Shown here: positions 10,607-20,500 of the stretch, one piece after another | Position numbering within the stretch: position 1 is the stretch's first letter | How the letters are laid out: the number at the start of each line of letters is the position of its first letter | Source of the DNA: Candidatus Geocrenenecus huangii | GTDB taxonomy: Archaea > Thermoproteota > Nitrososphaeria_A > Caldarchaeales > Wolframiiraptoraceae | Assembly: GCA_023254095.1 (NCBI GenBank) | Contig: JALNLM010000013.1 | Span: 1-41,125 of the forward strand | Direction of reading: 5' to 3' | DNA: 41,125 bases | Position numbers and translations under genes: made by a program | Notes under the pieces: model-generated | The model's database searches: none | Seen by the model: only the letters and a program-made list of their open reading frames with translations | What the model was told of the DNA's origin: nothing

Positions 10607-11587
10607 TTATTCTTCTCTCGCGTATGGTATTCCTAGAGATGCTGGAGCCCCTATCCTCTTCTTTATGCTCTCGGTTGAGATAATTATTAATGTCATAATT
10701 GTCAGTATGTATGGAAGCATTGCTAAGAAGTACGGACTTTGGGCACCTAGACCAAATAACTGTAATCTATACTGGAATGTTTCAACTCCTCCAAATAGGT
10801 ATGCTCCTAGGATTGCTCTCATCGGGCTCCACGTAGCTAGTATAACGAGGGCGAGAGCTATGAATCCTCTCCCAGCTGTTACTCCTTCTCTCCAGAATGG
10901 GTGGAATCCTATGAAGAAGTAAGCTCCTGCTAGGCTGGCGAAGACCCCGCTCAAGATCACTGTCATTCTCCTAACCATGTAGACATTTACTCCGAGTGAG
11001 TCGGCCATAGAGGGGTTCTCTCCAACAGACCTTATGGTTAAGCCTATCCTCGTCTTAAACAGGATAAACCACATAGCTATGGATAGAATGAATGAAAAAT
11101 ACACTAGCAGGTTATGGCTGAAGAACATCTTACCTATTACAGGAATATTTGAAAGCAATGGTATCTGGATTTCAGGAAGCTTCTGAGCCTGCTGGATCAA
11201 TAGTACTTCCTCTGGTAAAGAAGGGTTCAGCCTTAATAACAAATTCTTCCTGACCTCGGGAAATGTGAAGAATCCACTTAAACCTGCTCCCAGCATTGTC
11301 ATAGCTAAGCCTACTACGACTTGGTTTAACTTCATGTCAACTACTAGAATAGAGAGGATTAATCCCATTAATGCGCCTACTATGATAGACGTAAGTATCG
11401 CTGATAGATGACCGTACGCTAACGTGAACATAAATGACGTCGCTGCACCCATCAACATCATTCCTTCAAGACCGAGGTTCAAAACCCCTGAGCGTTCAGC
11501 ATAGATCTCGCCTAAAGAAGCTAGGAGATAGACGGTTCCCATCTGGACAGTTAATTGGAGAACTTGCTCGATCCATTCAATACTCAT
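10607..11587 (-). CDS. ABC transporter permease (nucleoside/CUT2-type, BPD_transp_2)
   Basis: ERSGVLNLGLEGMML, RSVGENP..ADSLG, GRGFIALA, LPY. Confidence 0.93.
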   Translation of the reverse strand: MSIEWIEQVLQLTVQMGTVYLLASLGEIYAERSGVLNLGLEGMMLMGAATSFMFTLAYGHLSAILTSIIVGALMGLILSILVVDMKLNQVVVGLAMTMLGAGLSGFFTFPEVRKNLLLRLNPSLPEEVLLIQQAQKLPEIQIPLLSNIPVIGKMFFSHNLLVYFSFILSIAMWFILFKTRIGLTIRSVGENPSMADSLGVNVYMVRRMTVILSGVFASLAGAYFFIGFHPFWREGVTAGRGFIALALVILATWSPMRAILGAYLFGGVETFQYRLQLFGLGAQSPYFLAMLPYILTIMTLIIISTESIKKRIGAPASLGIPYAREE

Positions 11588-12687
11588 CTGACCACCTCTC
11601 GAGTTATTGTTATCTTATATCTTTTCAAGAATTCTCCCACTACGATGAAAAGGAAGATTAATGCTTGGTGCATTTCTACTGCTGCTCCAGGGATCTTCAA
11701 TGTCGCTTGTAGAATGTCTCCTGCAACAAATATTCCTCCAAAGAATATACTTACAGGTACTACTAGCCATGGATTTAAAGCTGAGAGCAAGATCACGATT
11801 ATAGCCGTGTATCCGTAGCCAGGTGAAGCCCTCGGTCTCAGTCTCCCGATTATACCGCTTACGATTGCTAAGCCGCCTAAGCCCGCTATTCCTCCAGATA
11901 AGATTCCGCCTAGAGTAATAACCTTCGTGATCCTTATCCCGGCGTATCTCGCTATATCTATGCCTTCACCGACAATCTTAAGCTCAAACCCTAGCTTAGT
12001 ATATCTCAAGATAACTACTGCTAAAGCGACAGCTATGCATAAAAGTAATAATCCACTATAAGCAAATTCTCCGAATATCATGGTTAACTTAGCGTATTCT
12101 GGGAAAGGTATAGATAGGGGAAACCCATATCCTTTTGGATCTCTCCATGGACCATATATCAAGAAGTCCACAAAATACATTGCGACATAGTTCATCATCA
12201 AGGTTGTAAGTATTTCGTTTACCCTCATTTTCGCTTTTAGGAATGCGGGTAGACCGCACCATAAACCTCCTGTAACAAAGGATGCTAAAATCATTAATAG
12301 TAGTACAAGGTAATCTGGGATCAAATCATAGTATGCGTGGAGCAGTACTATTCCAGTTGAAGCGAACATGCCCATATACATCTGGCCTTCTGCTCCAATG
12401 TTCCAGAAATTCATCCTGAAAGCGATACTGAGCCCTAGAGCAGCTAACCCTATAGGTATAGCTCTTTCAAGCGCTTTTAAGAGTAGTGTGGGAGATGTAT
12501 AGACTCCCACCATGTAGGAGTATACGTCTAGCGGGTTCAAGCCTATCATGGCGAAGAATATGCCTGACACCCCGAATGCGAGAACCAACGTGGAAAAAGT
12601 TGTCAGTATTGATAGCTTACGGCTGATGTGTAATCTTCTCTTTATCTTAACGCTATGGGGCATGATAATAGTTTTAGCCAATTTCAA
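11584..12687 (-). CDS. ABC transporter permease (nucleoside/CUT2-type)
   Basis: WNIGAEGQ, VNEILTTLMMNY, ARYAGI, GYGYTAI. Confidence 0.93.
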   Translation of the reverse strand: MKLAKTIIMPHSVKIKRRLHISRKLSILTTFSTLVLAFGVSGIFFAMIGLNPLDVYSYMVGVYTSPTLLLKALERAIPIGLAALGLSIAFRMNFWNIGAEGQMYMGMFASTGIVLLHAYYDLIPDYLVLLLMILASFVTGGLWCGLPAFLKAKMRVNEILTTLMMNYVAMYFVDFLIYGPWRDPKGYGFPLSIPFPEYAKLTMIFGEFAYSGLLLLCIAVALAVVILRYTKLGFELKIVGEGIDIARYAGIRITKVITLGGILSGGIAGLGGLAIVSGIIGRLRPRASPGYGYTAIIVILLSALNPWLVVPVSIFFGGIFVAGDILQATLKIPGAAVEMHQALIFLFIVVGEFLKRYKITITREVVR

Positions 12688-12695
12688 CGTCTCCC

Positions 12696-14240
12696 CTACT
12701 TAAACGCTATCTCTACGCCAGCCATCATGAGGCCAATCTTGTCTATGTCTACTTCCCCTGGCCGAAAGACTCTAACTATTTTTCCATCATGCATTACTGC
12801 GACCCTATCACTGATCATTAATGCTTCTTCTATATCTTCTGAAACGAAGAGTATCCCTGAACCCTTCCTACTATACTCTATCAATGTTTTGTGTACGAAT
12901 TCTGTCGCACCCACGTCGAGCCCCTTAGTTGGATAGGCTGCGACGATCAATCTCGGTATCTTTTCTCCGATCAATCCCGACAATTCTCTAGCCAAAATTA
13001 GTCTTTGAAGATTTCCACCTGAAAGTGATCTAGCCTTAGCGTATGGGTTTTCAGGAACTATCTGGAATTCTCTGATTAATTCTTCAGCCTTGTTATAGAT
13101 CTTCTTCCAGTTTACTATTACCCCGTTGGAGTAGGGCTTATACCTGTATGCTTTCATGAAGAGATTATCGAGGACGGTTAGGTTTGGAGCAATACCGTAC
13201 CTTAAGGGTTCGGGAGGAATATACGCTATACCCAGCTCGATGATCTTTTCTGGACTACTGTTGATGATATTTACACCATCAACAATTAATGAGCCTCCAC
13301 TAGCTTTTCTCAATCCAGCTATTACTTCTACAAGTTCTTGTTGTCCATTACCGGTCACACCAATTATTCCAACTATCTCATTTTTCATTACTTTTAGATT
13401 TACATCTTTAAGTGCTAGCACTCCTTTATCATTGAAGGCTTTCAAGTTTCTTATCGTTATTGCTTCTCCACTAGGCCTAGACTCCTTCTTCTCTATAGTG
13501 AATATTACTGGTCTACCAACCATGTACTGAGCAAGCTCAGACATATTTGTCTCACTAGTTTCTTTTGTCACTAGTACTCTGCCTTTCCGCATCACCGTAA
13601 CCCTGTCGCTGATAGCGAATACTTCGTCGAGTTTATGTGTAATGAATATTATCCCTTTTCCTTCTTTAGCCATTCTTCTAAGAGCCTGTAATAGTATCCT
13701 ACATTCTTGAGGTGTGAGAACGGATGTAGGCTCATCGAGAATCAATATTTTCGCATCACGGTAGAGTATCTTCAACAGTTCTACCTGCTGTTTTTCACCC
13801 GCCGTAAGCTGCCAAACATAGGCATTAGGATTTATTCTCCAACCATATGATTCTGCAAGCTTCTTAATCTCTTCACCGATCTTCCTACTCTTTATTACGA
13901 GGCCTGACTTCTTTAAGCCAAGGATTATGTTCTCTAGTACTGTGTGGGAAGGTATAAGCTTGAAGTTTTGATGAACCATCCCTATCCCAAGCGTTATCGC
14001 ATCTTTTGGAGAATTTATCTCAACCTTTCTACCTTCAACGTATATCTCTCCAATATCCGGACGGTAGAGACCGTAAAGAATATTCATTAGAGTAGTCTTG
14101 CCTGCTCCATTCTCCCCAAGTAGAGCATGTATCTCTCCCTTCCTAAGAGTAAAGGAGACATTATCGTTAGCAATTACTCCTGGAAAATGTTTTATGATCC
14201 CTCTAAGAGATACTAGCTCTTCCAAAAATCTTCTCCCCAA
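12696..14240 (-). CDS. ABC transporter ATP-binding protein (two ABC domains)
   Basis: GENGAGKTT, LILDEPT, FITHKL, second domain with LSGGNLQR. Confidence 0.95.
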   Translation of the reverse strand: MGRRFLEELVSLRGIIKHFPGVIANDNVSFTLRKGEIHALLGENGAGKTTLMNILYGLYRPDIGEIYVEGRKVEINSPKDAITLGIGMVHQNFKLIPSHTVLENIILGLKKSGLVIKSRKIGEEIKKLAESYGWRINPNAYVWQLTAGEKQQVELLKILYRDAKILILDEPTSVLTPQECRILLQALRRMAKEGKGIIFITHKLDEVFAISDRVTVMRKGRVLVTKETSETNMSELAQYMVGRPVIFTIEKKESRPSGEAITIRNLKAFNDKGVLALKDVNLKVMKNEIVGIIGVTGNGQQELVEVIAGLRKASGGSLIVDGVNIINSSPEKIIELGIAYIPPEPLRYGIAPNLTVLDNLFMKAYRYKPYSNGVIVNWKKIYNKAEELIREFQIVPENPYAKARSLSGGNLQRLILARELSGLIGEKIPRLIVAAYPTKGLDVGATEFVHKTLIEYSRKGSGILFVSEDIEEALMISDRVAVMHDGKIVRVFRPGEVDIDKIGLMMAGVEIAFK

Positions 14241-14306
14241 TTGATCAATGCTTATCAGTAAATAAAAAAGATATGGAAGATATGTGGAAAGATTATCTCT
14301 TCTAGA

Positions 14307-15677
14307 TTACCTCGGTAAGGGTTCTTCTATATATTCTACGTGCCAATCCATGTTCCAAAGCGTATCATGATCTGCTCTCTCACCATTCTTAATTCTGACT
14401 TCTCCATTCTGGTCTCTAATAGGCTCACCTAGATTTCCTTCAACGCTGAAGGGCTCGAAAATCAGTTCCTTCATTTCTTCATATTTTTTCTTTATCTCAA
14501 GCTGCCACTCACTTGGAATTACAGGGTTAAGTGGGGCCAGATATACTGTTCCCTCTGGTTTACCTGCAGTACTCTTTTCTGGTGGTAGCCTCCATCTATA
14601 TGGCATATAGTCCCCTATCCTTGTCCATATATCTGCTGTCTGCCAACTGTTTGTCGCAACCATTCTATAGAAATCAAGATATATGGGTCCCCAATTAGCT
14701 ATCTGTCCTGTTAGATGTGCTGTCGGACCGTATTCTCTCATATCGCTGTAGTGGCTAAAGCTCCAAACCTTTCTTCCCTTCTTCTGATATTCTTCCGCAA
14801 CCTGCAATACTGCTGGAGTGTCCTCCGTGAAGGCCAGTACATCGCAGTTCTTCTCCTCTACTAAAGCTATTGCTGCTGACCGTGCCTTCTCTGGAGCAAC
14901 CCACTCGAATATCCAGCTTACGTGGGCTTTTATATTCTTTCCCGTCCTTTTCTTGTAAGCATAGTTCGCTCCTAGAACGAACGCGTTAATATGTCTAACC
15001 ACTTCCGGTATCGGGTACGCTCCAACATACCCGACAACGCCTGTCTCAGTTACTGCTCCAGCTGCTAAACCATTCAGGTAGTACAACTGGTAGAACTCTG
15101 CAAAAGCTGCACTCATGTTTTCCGGAGCGTTTCCAGCAGCGCCACTTTTGTAACCACTTATATGAACAAAATATCTATCAGGGTATTTTTGAGCTGCTTC
15201 CGCTGTAGGGTCCATGAAGCCGAAACTAGTCGTTATTATAAGTTCATACCCTTTTTCCACCAGGCTAGTAATTGCTCCAGATACTTCTGCTTCAGGAACA
15301 CTTTCTATATAGGTACTTTCAACTTGGTTGACTCCGAATCTTTCATCAGCCCATCTCCTACCACGATCATGCCCGTACGACCAGCCATAATCACCTACAG
15401 GCCCTACATAGATATAGCCGACCCTCAATTTCCTAGCAACTGGAACCGAAGCAGTTGTAGTAACAGTCTTTGTAACTGGCTGTGTAATTGTGGTAGGCAC
15501 ACCCGGCTGAGTTTTTACGACTGTTGGAGCACTCGTTGAACCAGCTAGATATCCTGCGACTCCTCCTATTACTCCTGCAGCTATTACCCCTCCTATAGCT
15601 GTAGCCTTCGTTACTCCTAGAAACTTCCTACGAGAAAACTTCTTGTTTAACACGTTACTATCTGTATTTCCATTCAT
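14307..15677 (-). CDS. BMP family ABC transporter substrate-binding protein with Tat signal
   Basis: FSRRKFL twin-arginine motif, Thr/Pro/Val-rich linker, YVGPVGDYGW, TTSFGFMD, IPEVVRHINAF. Confidence 0.92.
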   Translation of the reverse strand: MNGNTDSNVLNKKFSRRKFLGVTKATAIGGVIAAGVIGGVAGYLAGSTSAPTVVKTQPGVPTTITQPVTKTVTTTASVPVARKLRVGYIYVGPVGDYGWSYGHDRGRRWADERFGVNQVESTYIESVPEAEVSGAITSLVEKGYELIITTSFGFMDPTAEAAQKYPDRYFVHISGYKSGAAGNAPENMSAAFAEFYQLYYLNGLAAGAVTETGVVGYVGAYPIPEVVRHINAFVLGANYAYKKRTGKNIKAHVSWIFEWVAPEKARSAAIALVEEKNCDVLAFTEDTPAVLQVAEEYQKKGRKVWSFSHYSDMREYGPTAHLTGQIANWGPIYLDFYRMVATNSWQTADIWTRIGDYMPYRWRLPPEKSTAGKPEGTVYLAPLNPVIPSEWQLEIKKKYEEMKELIFEPFSVEGNLGEPIRDQNGEVRIKNGERADHDTLWNMDWHVEYIEEPLPR

Positions 15678-16152
15678 ATTTATGTAAATGCCTAAGCGAA
15701 TTCATATATTTTCATTACACGATCGAGTAAAGTTAGCATGAATAGGTTATTTTATAAAAGAAGGGAGAAACATATGAAAAAAGACGACCAAGTATCCTCT
15801 ATCCAGAAATCTCTAAACTATTAAGCTACCTGTTAAGCCTCCTTGGCCATCAAACAAGAATTCCCCAGAACTTATTTTGTACCCCGATCCTTTGTTCACG
15901 TCTATCTATATTATTGCAATAACATTGCTACATCCCAATGATCAACGTTTACTATTCAGTAGATTGTAGCGGTCTAAGAGCTAGACATTGATCCTCTTTT
16001 TCCATATTAGGCAATGAATTTTCGAGTCTGCGAGTTTCAAACTTATACATATATCGACCATAGGGACCCCATTATTGTATAAAATGGGCAAAGTGGTTCT
16101 CATCCTTTAATTAAAATTCTAAAATATAAGATAGAACATTTATCTAAAGAAG

Positions 16153-16623
16153 ATGTCTTCGCCTGATGTTTGGTTTTTTGCATATGGTTGGGCTTTGGAT
16201 AAGAGTTTGTTAAAGAAGGTTATAGGAGAAGTTGATGAACCGAAGAAAGCTGTTCTACGTGGTTATAGACTTGTTTTTGATGTTTTCTCTCCAAGCTGGA
16301 GAGGGGGCGTAGCCAATATAGTAGAAGATGAAAATAATCTTGTTTATGGCGCCGTCTACAAGATTAATGTAGGCCAGCTCGAGAGACTAGATGAAGCTGT
16401 AGGAGTCCCAAGGATATTCTTTAGACGTAAGGTGGTCGTAGAGGTTGAGGGTATAGGGAGTGTCGAATCTGTAACCTACCTATCAACGTCTGGGAGGGGG
16501 AGATGGGTTAAACCTTCAGAACAATATGTTAGCGTACTGTTAAAAGGTTTAAAGCAATTAAGGTATGACGATGATATTATTCAAAAAATAAAGAGGATGG
16601 CAACGGAGGGTCAAGTGGAATAG
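16153..16623 (+). CDS. Gamma-glutamylcyclotransferase (GGCT/AIG2-like) family protein
   Basis: WFFAYG, LRGYRLVF, GGVANIV, VYGAVY, LD, PS..Y...L..GL. Confidence 0.88.
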   Translation: MSSPDVWFFAYGWALDKSLLKKVIGEVDEPKKAVLRGYRLVFDVFSPSWRGGVANIVEDENNLVYGAVYKINVGQLERLDEAVGVPRIFFRRKVVVEVEGIGSVESVTYLSTSGRGRWVKPSEQYVSVLLKGLKQLRYDDDIIQKIKRMATEGQVE

Positions 16624-16650
16624 AAAACTATGGTGAATCAACTTTACCGT

Positions 16651-18651
16651 TCACGGTTTTCTACTTATCGTTGCCTCTTCTATCTTCTCTAAAGAGGTTT
16701 TAGTAATCTTCAGTCTTTTCTCCGCTGCTTTCAATATAGCTCTAAGCATCTCGGGATAACTCATACCTATGTATGCTGTAGCTTTAGCTAAGTGCCCATC
16801 CCAACACCATCCCGGATTCGGGTTTACTTCTAGAAGCCTAGGGTTACCTTCAGAATCAAGCCTCCAATCGAATCTCGCATAATCTCTACACTCCAGCCTA
16901 TTAAACAGCTTGACACTACACTCAATTATGTAGTCTTTAACATCTTGCGGTATATTTGCTAGAATAGATCTAATGTTCCAGTAAGGTGAGCCAGGTATCC
17001 ATTTCGCCTCATAACTGCATATCGGTGGGAGACCTTCAGGCAGTGTACTGTAATCTTCTTCTGTTATCGGTAACACTAAATAATCTTCTGGAGGATTACC
17101 AATTATTCCTAGAGTCAGATCTCTCCCAGTCAAGAATTCTTCAATCAAAATTTGCTTATTGTAGTTAAATTTCTCCCTAAGTTCTATTATTGCATTCAGT
17201 AACTGTTCTTCATCGTATACGACGCTTTTACTCGTTATGCCGAAGCTACTATCGCCATAATTTGGTTTAACTATTACTGGAAAATCAAATGGTATCTCTA
17301 TCTTTATATCGCTAGGCTTCAAGAATACCGCATTCGGGACAGGTATACCCATCTCTCTAGCTACCCCTCTAACTAGGCTTTTATCATAACAGTATGCTAA
17401 ACACTGCGGCCCCGCACCCGTGTATGGTATTCCAAGCATATCTAACAAGGCAGGAATATGCAGTTCTTTCTTCGGGTCGTTATAGAACCCTTCATCGCAT
17501 AGATTGAATACGAAGTCAATTCTATTTCTTAGTTTTAGTAAGTCTTGGAGTAGGGTATCGTGATTCATTAGGTATATGAACTCATACTCCTTTAGTTCGC
17601 TTAACGCTTGTATAAGCTTATTTATCGTGTAGAAATCGTCTTCATCGAATACTCCTCCAGGTTTAGTCACGTCTGTTTTCGATGGATCTCCAAGTATTAC
17701 TGCCACTCTCATCTTTGATCCATTCATCCTCCTCTTTACAGGCGTCCATTCTTTTTTTGCAGCAGCTGTCACGATAATCCTCTTCTCCATCATTCCCAAA
17801 TCTTGGTTTCTTTTAGAATCTGGAGTAAGCTCTCCATGGAAAACAATGTTTGTGAAGCCTGCCTTCTCCAGTAATTGTCTTAATGTTTCTTTATCGTAGA
17901 GTCTTATGGCATAGACCTGGTCTGCTATAACTCCCCTCTTAACGTTAACTATTACTTCTCTTGAGATTAGTCTATGCCCATCTGACGATAATGCTCGCTC
18001 CCTGCATACAAGCATCTGTTTATTAATCCATTCCCATGACCTTTTCTGGTAAGTCTCTTTAAGATAGCTTCCATCTGCTACGTCTATCAATACCTTTCCC
18101 CAAGGTCTTAGTATTCTTCTGACTTCTTTCAAGACCTGTAAATCATCCTTGATAGATTCAAAGTATCCAAAACTATTTCCTAGGATCATTACTACATCAA
18201 AGCTGTCGGGCTGGTATGGCAGTTTTCTCGCATCTCCTTCTCTAAATTTCACCTTTAATCCTTCTTTCTCAGCTTGTAGTCTAGCTTTCTTGATAAGATA
18301 ATGAGAGATGTCTAATCCTTCAACATTCTTGAAGCCTCTTCTAGCCAATTCTAGGGAGTGCCTACCATGTCCGCAGCATAAGTCCAAGATGTCATCCTCA
18401 GGTTTTAGCCCAAGGATACGTATGAATAGGTCCACTTCTCTATTAGTTATCTCCTGGTCGTTTACAACGTCTCCATCTGTTTTAAGGTATAGAGAGTTAA
18501 AGAGGTGCTTCCACCAATCTGGTCTAACATATTCTTCGAGGTCTGATACAATTCCTAGAAATTTCTTTGATCGTTCATTATTCCTAGATTCTCTCACCTT
18601 ATTATGCCGTTTCGATGATTCATTATCTGAGGGGCTCTCCCCCATGCTCAC
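16651..18651 (-). CDS. Class I SAM methyltransferase fused to D-Ala-D-Ala-ligase-like ATP-grasp domain
   Basis: N-terminal ILDLCCGHGRH...GDAR.LP; C-terminal VFNLC, GIPYTG, DK, VIVKP...DSSFGI, IEEFL.G, YARFDWR, LEVNPNPG. Confidence 0.9.
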   Translation of the reverse strand: MSMGESPSDNESSKRHNKVRESRNNERSKKFLGIVSDLEEYVRPDWWKHLFNSLYLKTDGDVVNDQEITNREVDLFIRILGLKPEDDILDLCCGHGRHSLELARRGFKNVEGLDISHYLIKKARLQAEKEGLKVKFREGDARKLPYQPDSFDVVMILGNSFGYFESIKDDLQVLKEVRRILRPWGKVLIDVADGSYLKETYQKRSWEWINKQMLVCRERALSSDGHRLISREVIVNVKRGVIADQVYAIRLYDKETLRQLLEKAGFTNIVFHGELTPDSKRNQDLGMMEKRIIVTAAAKKEWTPVKRRMNGSKMRVAVILGDPSKTDVTKPGGVFDEDDFYTINKLIQALSELKEYEFIYLMNHDTLLQDLLKLRNRIDFVFNLCDEGFYNDPKKELHIPALLDMLGIPYTGAGPQCLAYCYDKSLVRGVAREMGIPVPNAVFLKPSDIKIEIPFDFPVIVKPNYGDSSFGITSKSVVYDEEQLLNAIIELREKFNYNKQILIEEFLTGRDLTLGIIGNPPEDYLVLPITEEDYSTLPEGLPPICSYEAKWIPGSPYWNIRSILANIPQDVKDYIIECSVKLFNRLECRDYARFDWRLDSEGNPRLLEVNPNPGWCWDGHLAKATAYIGMSYPEMLRAILKAAEKRLKITKTSLEKIEEATISRKP

Positions 18652-18814
18652 CTAACCTATCAGTTAATGTTCACCTCATGCATCAATATAAGCTTTGACC
18701 TGCCTAGAAGCTTGAAAACTTCTCCTATAATGTCTTAACCCTGATTGGCCAGATACACTGATACTGAAGAAAACATTAATACTTTAATTCACGGAGAAGT
18801 AGATTAACAAAAGG

Positions 18815-19468
18815 ATGGATTGGTATAGTTTAGTCGACCTCTATAATATCGTTTATTCATACGCTTACGTAGGTGCATTCTTCATATCTCTCCTAGGCAG
18901 CCTTATACCTTTCCTCCCTTTACCTTACCTTATCCCGATAGTCTTGATGGCGGATAAATTTAATCCAGTAATCTTGGGAGTGGTCTCTGGATTAGGCGGA
19001 GCCGTAGGAAAGATTACATCTTATCTTATCGGTAGAATAAGTAGGAGATTCTTTCAACGGAAGAATAACAGGTCCAGTATTATTGTCAAAGCGATGAACA
19101 AGTATGGGATTTTAGCTGTCTTCTTATTTGCTCTAACCCCGCTTCCCGATGACGTACTGTATATTCCCGTGGGTTTTGCGAAGATGAACTTCGTAAAATT
19201 CATGGTTGCAAATGCATTAGGTAAGATAATCCTCACAATACTTGTAGCATATCTTGGAAGAACATACTTCGCTCTAATTAGGTTATACATTGGAGGCGAA
19301 GCGAGCATATATCCGATAATAGCCTCCATAATATTCATGATTTTCTTAAGCATAGCATTATTCAAGATAGATTGGGAGAGTGCTATAGAGAACTATAGAA
19401 AACATGGATTGAAAAAAACCATAAAGTTTATTTTGTTCCCCCGAAAAAGCAATCCCAACAATTCTTGA
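18815..19468 (+). CDS. DedA/VTT (SNARE-associated Golgi) family membrane protein
   Basis: GLGGAVGKITSYLIGR, FALTPLPDD....G...F...N.LGK. Confidence 0.85.
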   Translation: MDWYSLVDLYNIVYSYAYVGAFFISLLGSLIPFLPLPYLIPIVLMADKFNPVILGVVSGLGGAVGKITSYLIGRISRRFFQRKNNRSSIIVKAMNKYGILAVFLFALTPLPDDVLYIPVGFAKMNFVKFMVANALGKIILTILVAYLGRTYFALIRLYIGGEASIYPIIASIIFMIFLSIALFKIDWESAIENYRKHGLKKTIKFILFPRKSNPNNS

Positions 19469-19523
19469 AATGCTGATAGATGTAACCCTTCCTCAGCCAC
19501 ACCATAATTAATTCTAAGTTAGG

Positions 19524-19530
19524 TTTAATA
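19524..19530 (+). promoter_or_regulatory. TATA box of the tRNA-Lys gene
   Basis: TTTAATA ending 25 nt upstream of the mature tRNA 5' end. Confidence 0.55.
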
Positions 19531-19554
19531 CTGAATATTAGTAAGTAAAAATAA

Positions 19555-19645
19555 GGGCCCGTAGCTCAGCCAGGTAGAGAACATGACCGCCTAAAGCGGC
19601 GGGCTCTTAACCCGTTGGTCGGGGGTTCGAATCCCCCCGGGCCCG
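19555..19645 (+). tRNA. tRNA-Lys(CTT) with a 17-nt non-canonical intron (19578-19594)
   Basis: Acceptor stem GGGCCCG/CGGGCCC, anticodon arm GCGGG-CT CTT AA-CCCGT, T arm GGGGG-TTCGAAT-CCCCC. The D stem GCTC/GAGC forms only after removing AGAACATGACCGCCTAA. CCA not encoded. Confidence 0.93.
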
Positions 19646-19894
19646 TAAACATCAATAAAGTGATCTTATAATATTTTATATCCCATTGAATTTTGAAGCA
19701 CTCCACCAAAACCTTACTCTAAAGATAGATTAATCTTAGAAATAAAGTAGATAGAGCCAAACACGTGAATTATGGAATCTGCAATAATTTTTGTTGCATA
19801 AATTCTTGAGAATCTAAAAGTGTTTGAGGCAGGCTAGTATAGACCTACAATATCTGGTAGTAAAAAAATAAGGTTTGATTTTATTTGGGGTTTT

Positions 19895-20458
19895 CTAGGA
19901 GATCAGTCTTAGAATTGCTGAAGCTATTGGTTCAGAGAGGTATGCTACTCCCTGGCTCGCTATCAGGGAGATAGCGAAGAATGTCCCAAATAATACTACC
20001 GCCGTAGCTATGTTGCCATCTTTCAAGTCTTTCACTAAGTCGAATTCTTTTAAGTCTACACCTGGAAGTTTTTCTGCAGCTTTAACAAGCCATCGATATA
20101 CTCTCGACTGTGCCCAGACTATTATTGCAATAGCTAGCGGAAGTCCAATGAATAATTGTATCAATCCACCGACTAATGCTGCAATGTTGAATCCTCCTGG
20201 TACGACTGCTTTACTTATTCCAGAGACAGCTTGACCGACAACGTTACCGACAGCTATCAAGACTCCCGCTATGTAAACAGCGACGGCCAAATTCTTCTTA
20301 CGTAATTCTTCGAACTCGTTTAATCCTTTCGTAGTTCTATCGAGGACATTCAGAGCAATAGTAATACTGAAAAGCGCTAAAGCAACGCCGAGGATTAATT
20401 GTAGAATACCGATTCCAATATCTATTAGTCCACCAATTAAGCCTTCCATTAGAAACAT
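19895..20458 (-). CDS. DUF350-like membrane protein
   Basis: Two repeats of TM-(E/D)L...N.A.A (EELRKKNLAVAV; KDLKDGNIATAV). Confidence 0.75.
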   Translation of the reverse strand: MFLMEGLIGGLIDIGIGILQLILGVALALFSITIALNVLDRTTKGLNEFEELRKKNLAVAVYIAGVLIAVGNVVGQAVSGISKAVVPGGFNIAALVGGLIQLFIGLPLAIAIIVWAQSRVYRWLVKAAEKLPGVDLKEFDLVKDLKDGNIATAVVLFGTFFAISLIASQGVAYLSEPIASAILRLIS

Positions 20459-20500
20459 GATACGTGAGCTTGATATTTAAATCTTGATAATTGGAGCCTA

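Noticed and set aside
15460-15540. Thr/Val/Pro low-complexity repeat-like DNA
   Set aside because: Ordinary linker of an archaeal solute-binding protein.
15780-16080. Long intergenic region with protein-like minus-strand fragments (IDVNKGSGYKISSGEFLFDGQGG)
   Set aside because: Interrupted by stops and no family recognised; it may be a decayed gene but I cannot support a call.
16651-17700. ddl as evidence of peptidoglycan synthesis or bacterial contamination
   Set aside because: The domain is fused to a methyltransferase, no mur genes are nearby, and the context is clearly archaeal.
19780-19798. Imperfect palindrome TGCAATAA-TTT-TTGTTGCA resembling an Lrp-type operator
   Set aside because: Single copy between convergent genes with no adjacent promoter; could be chance.
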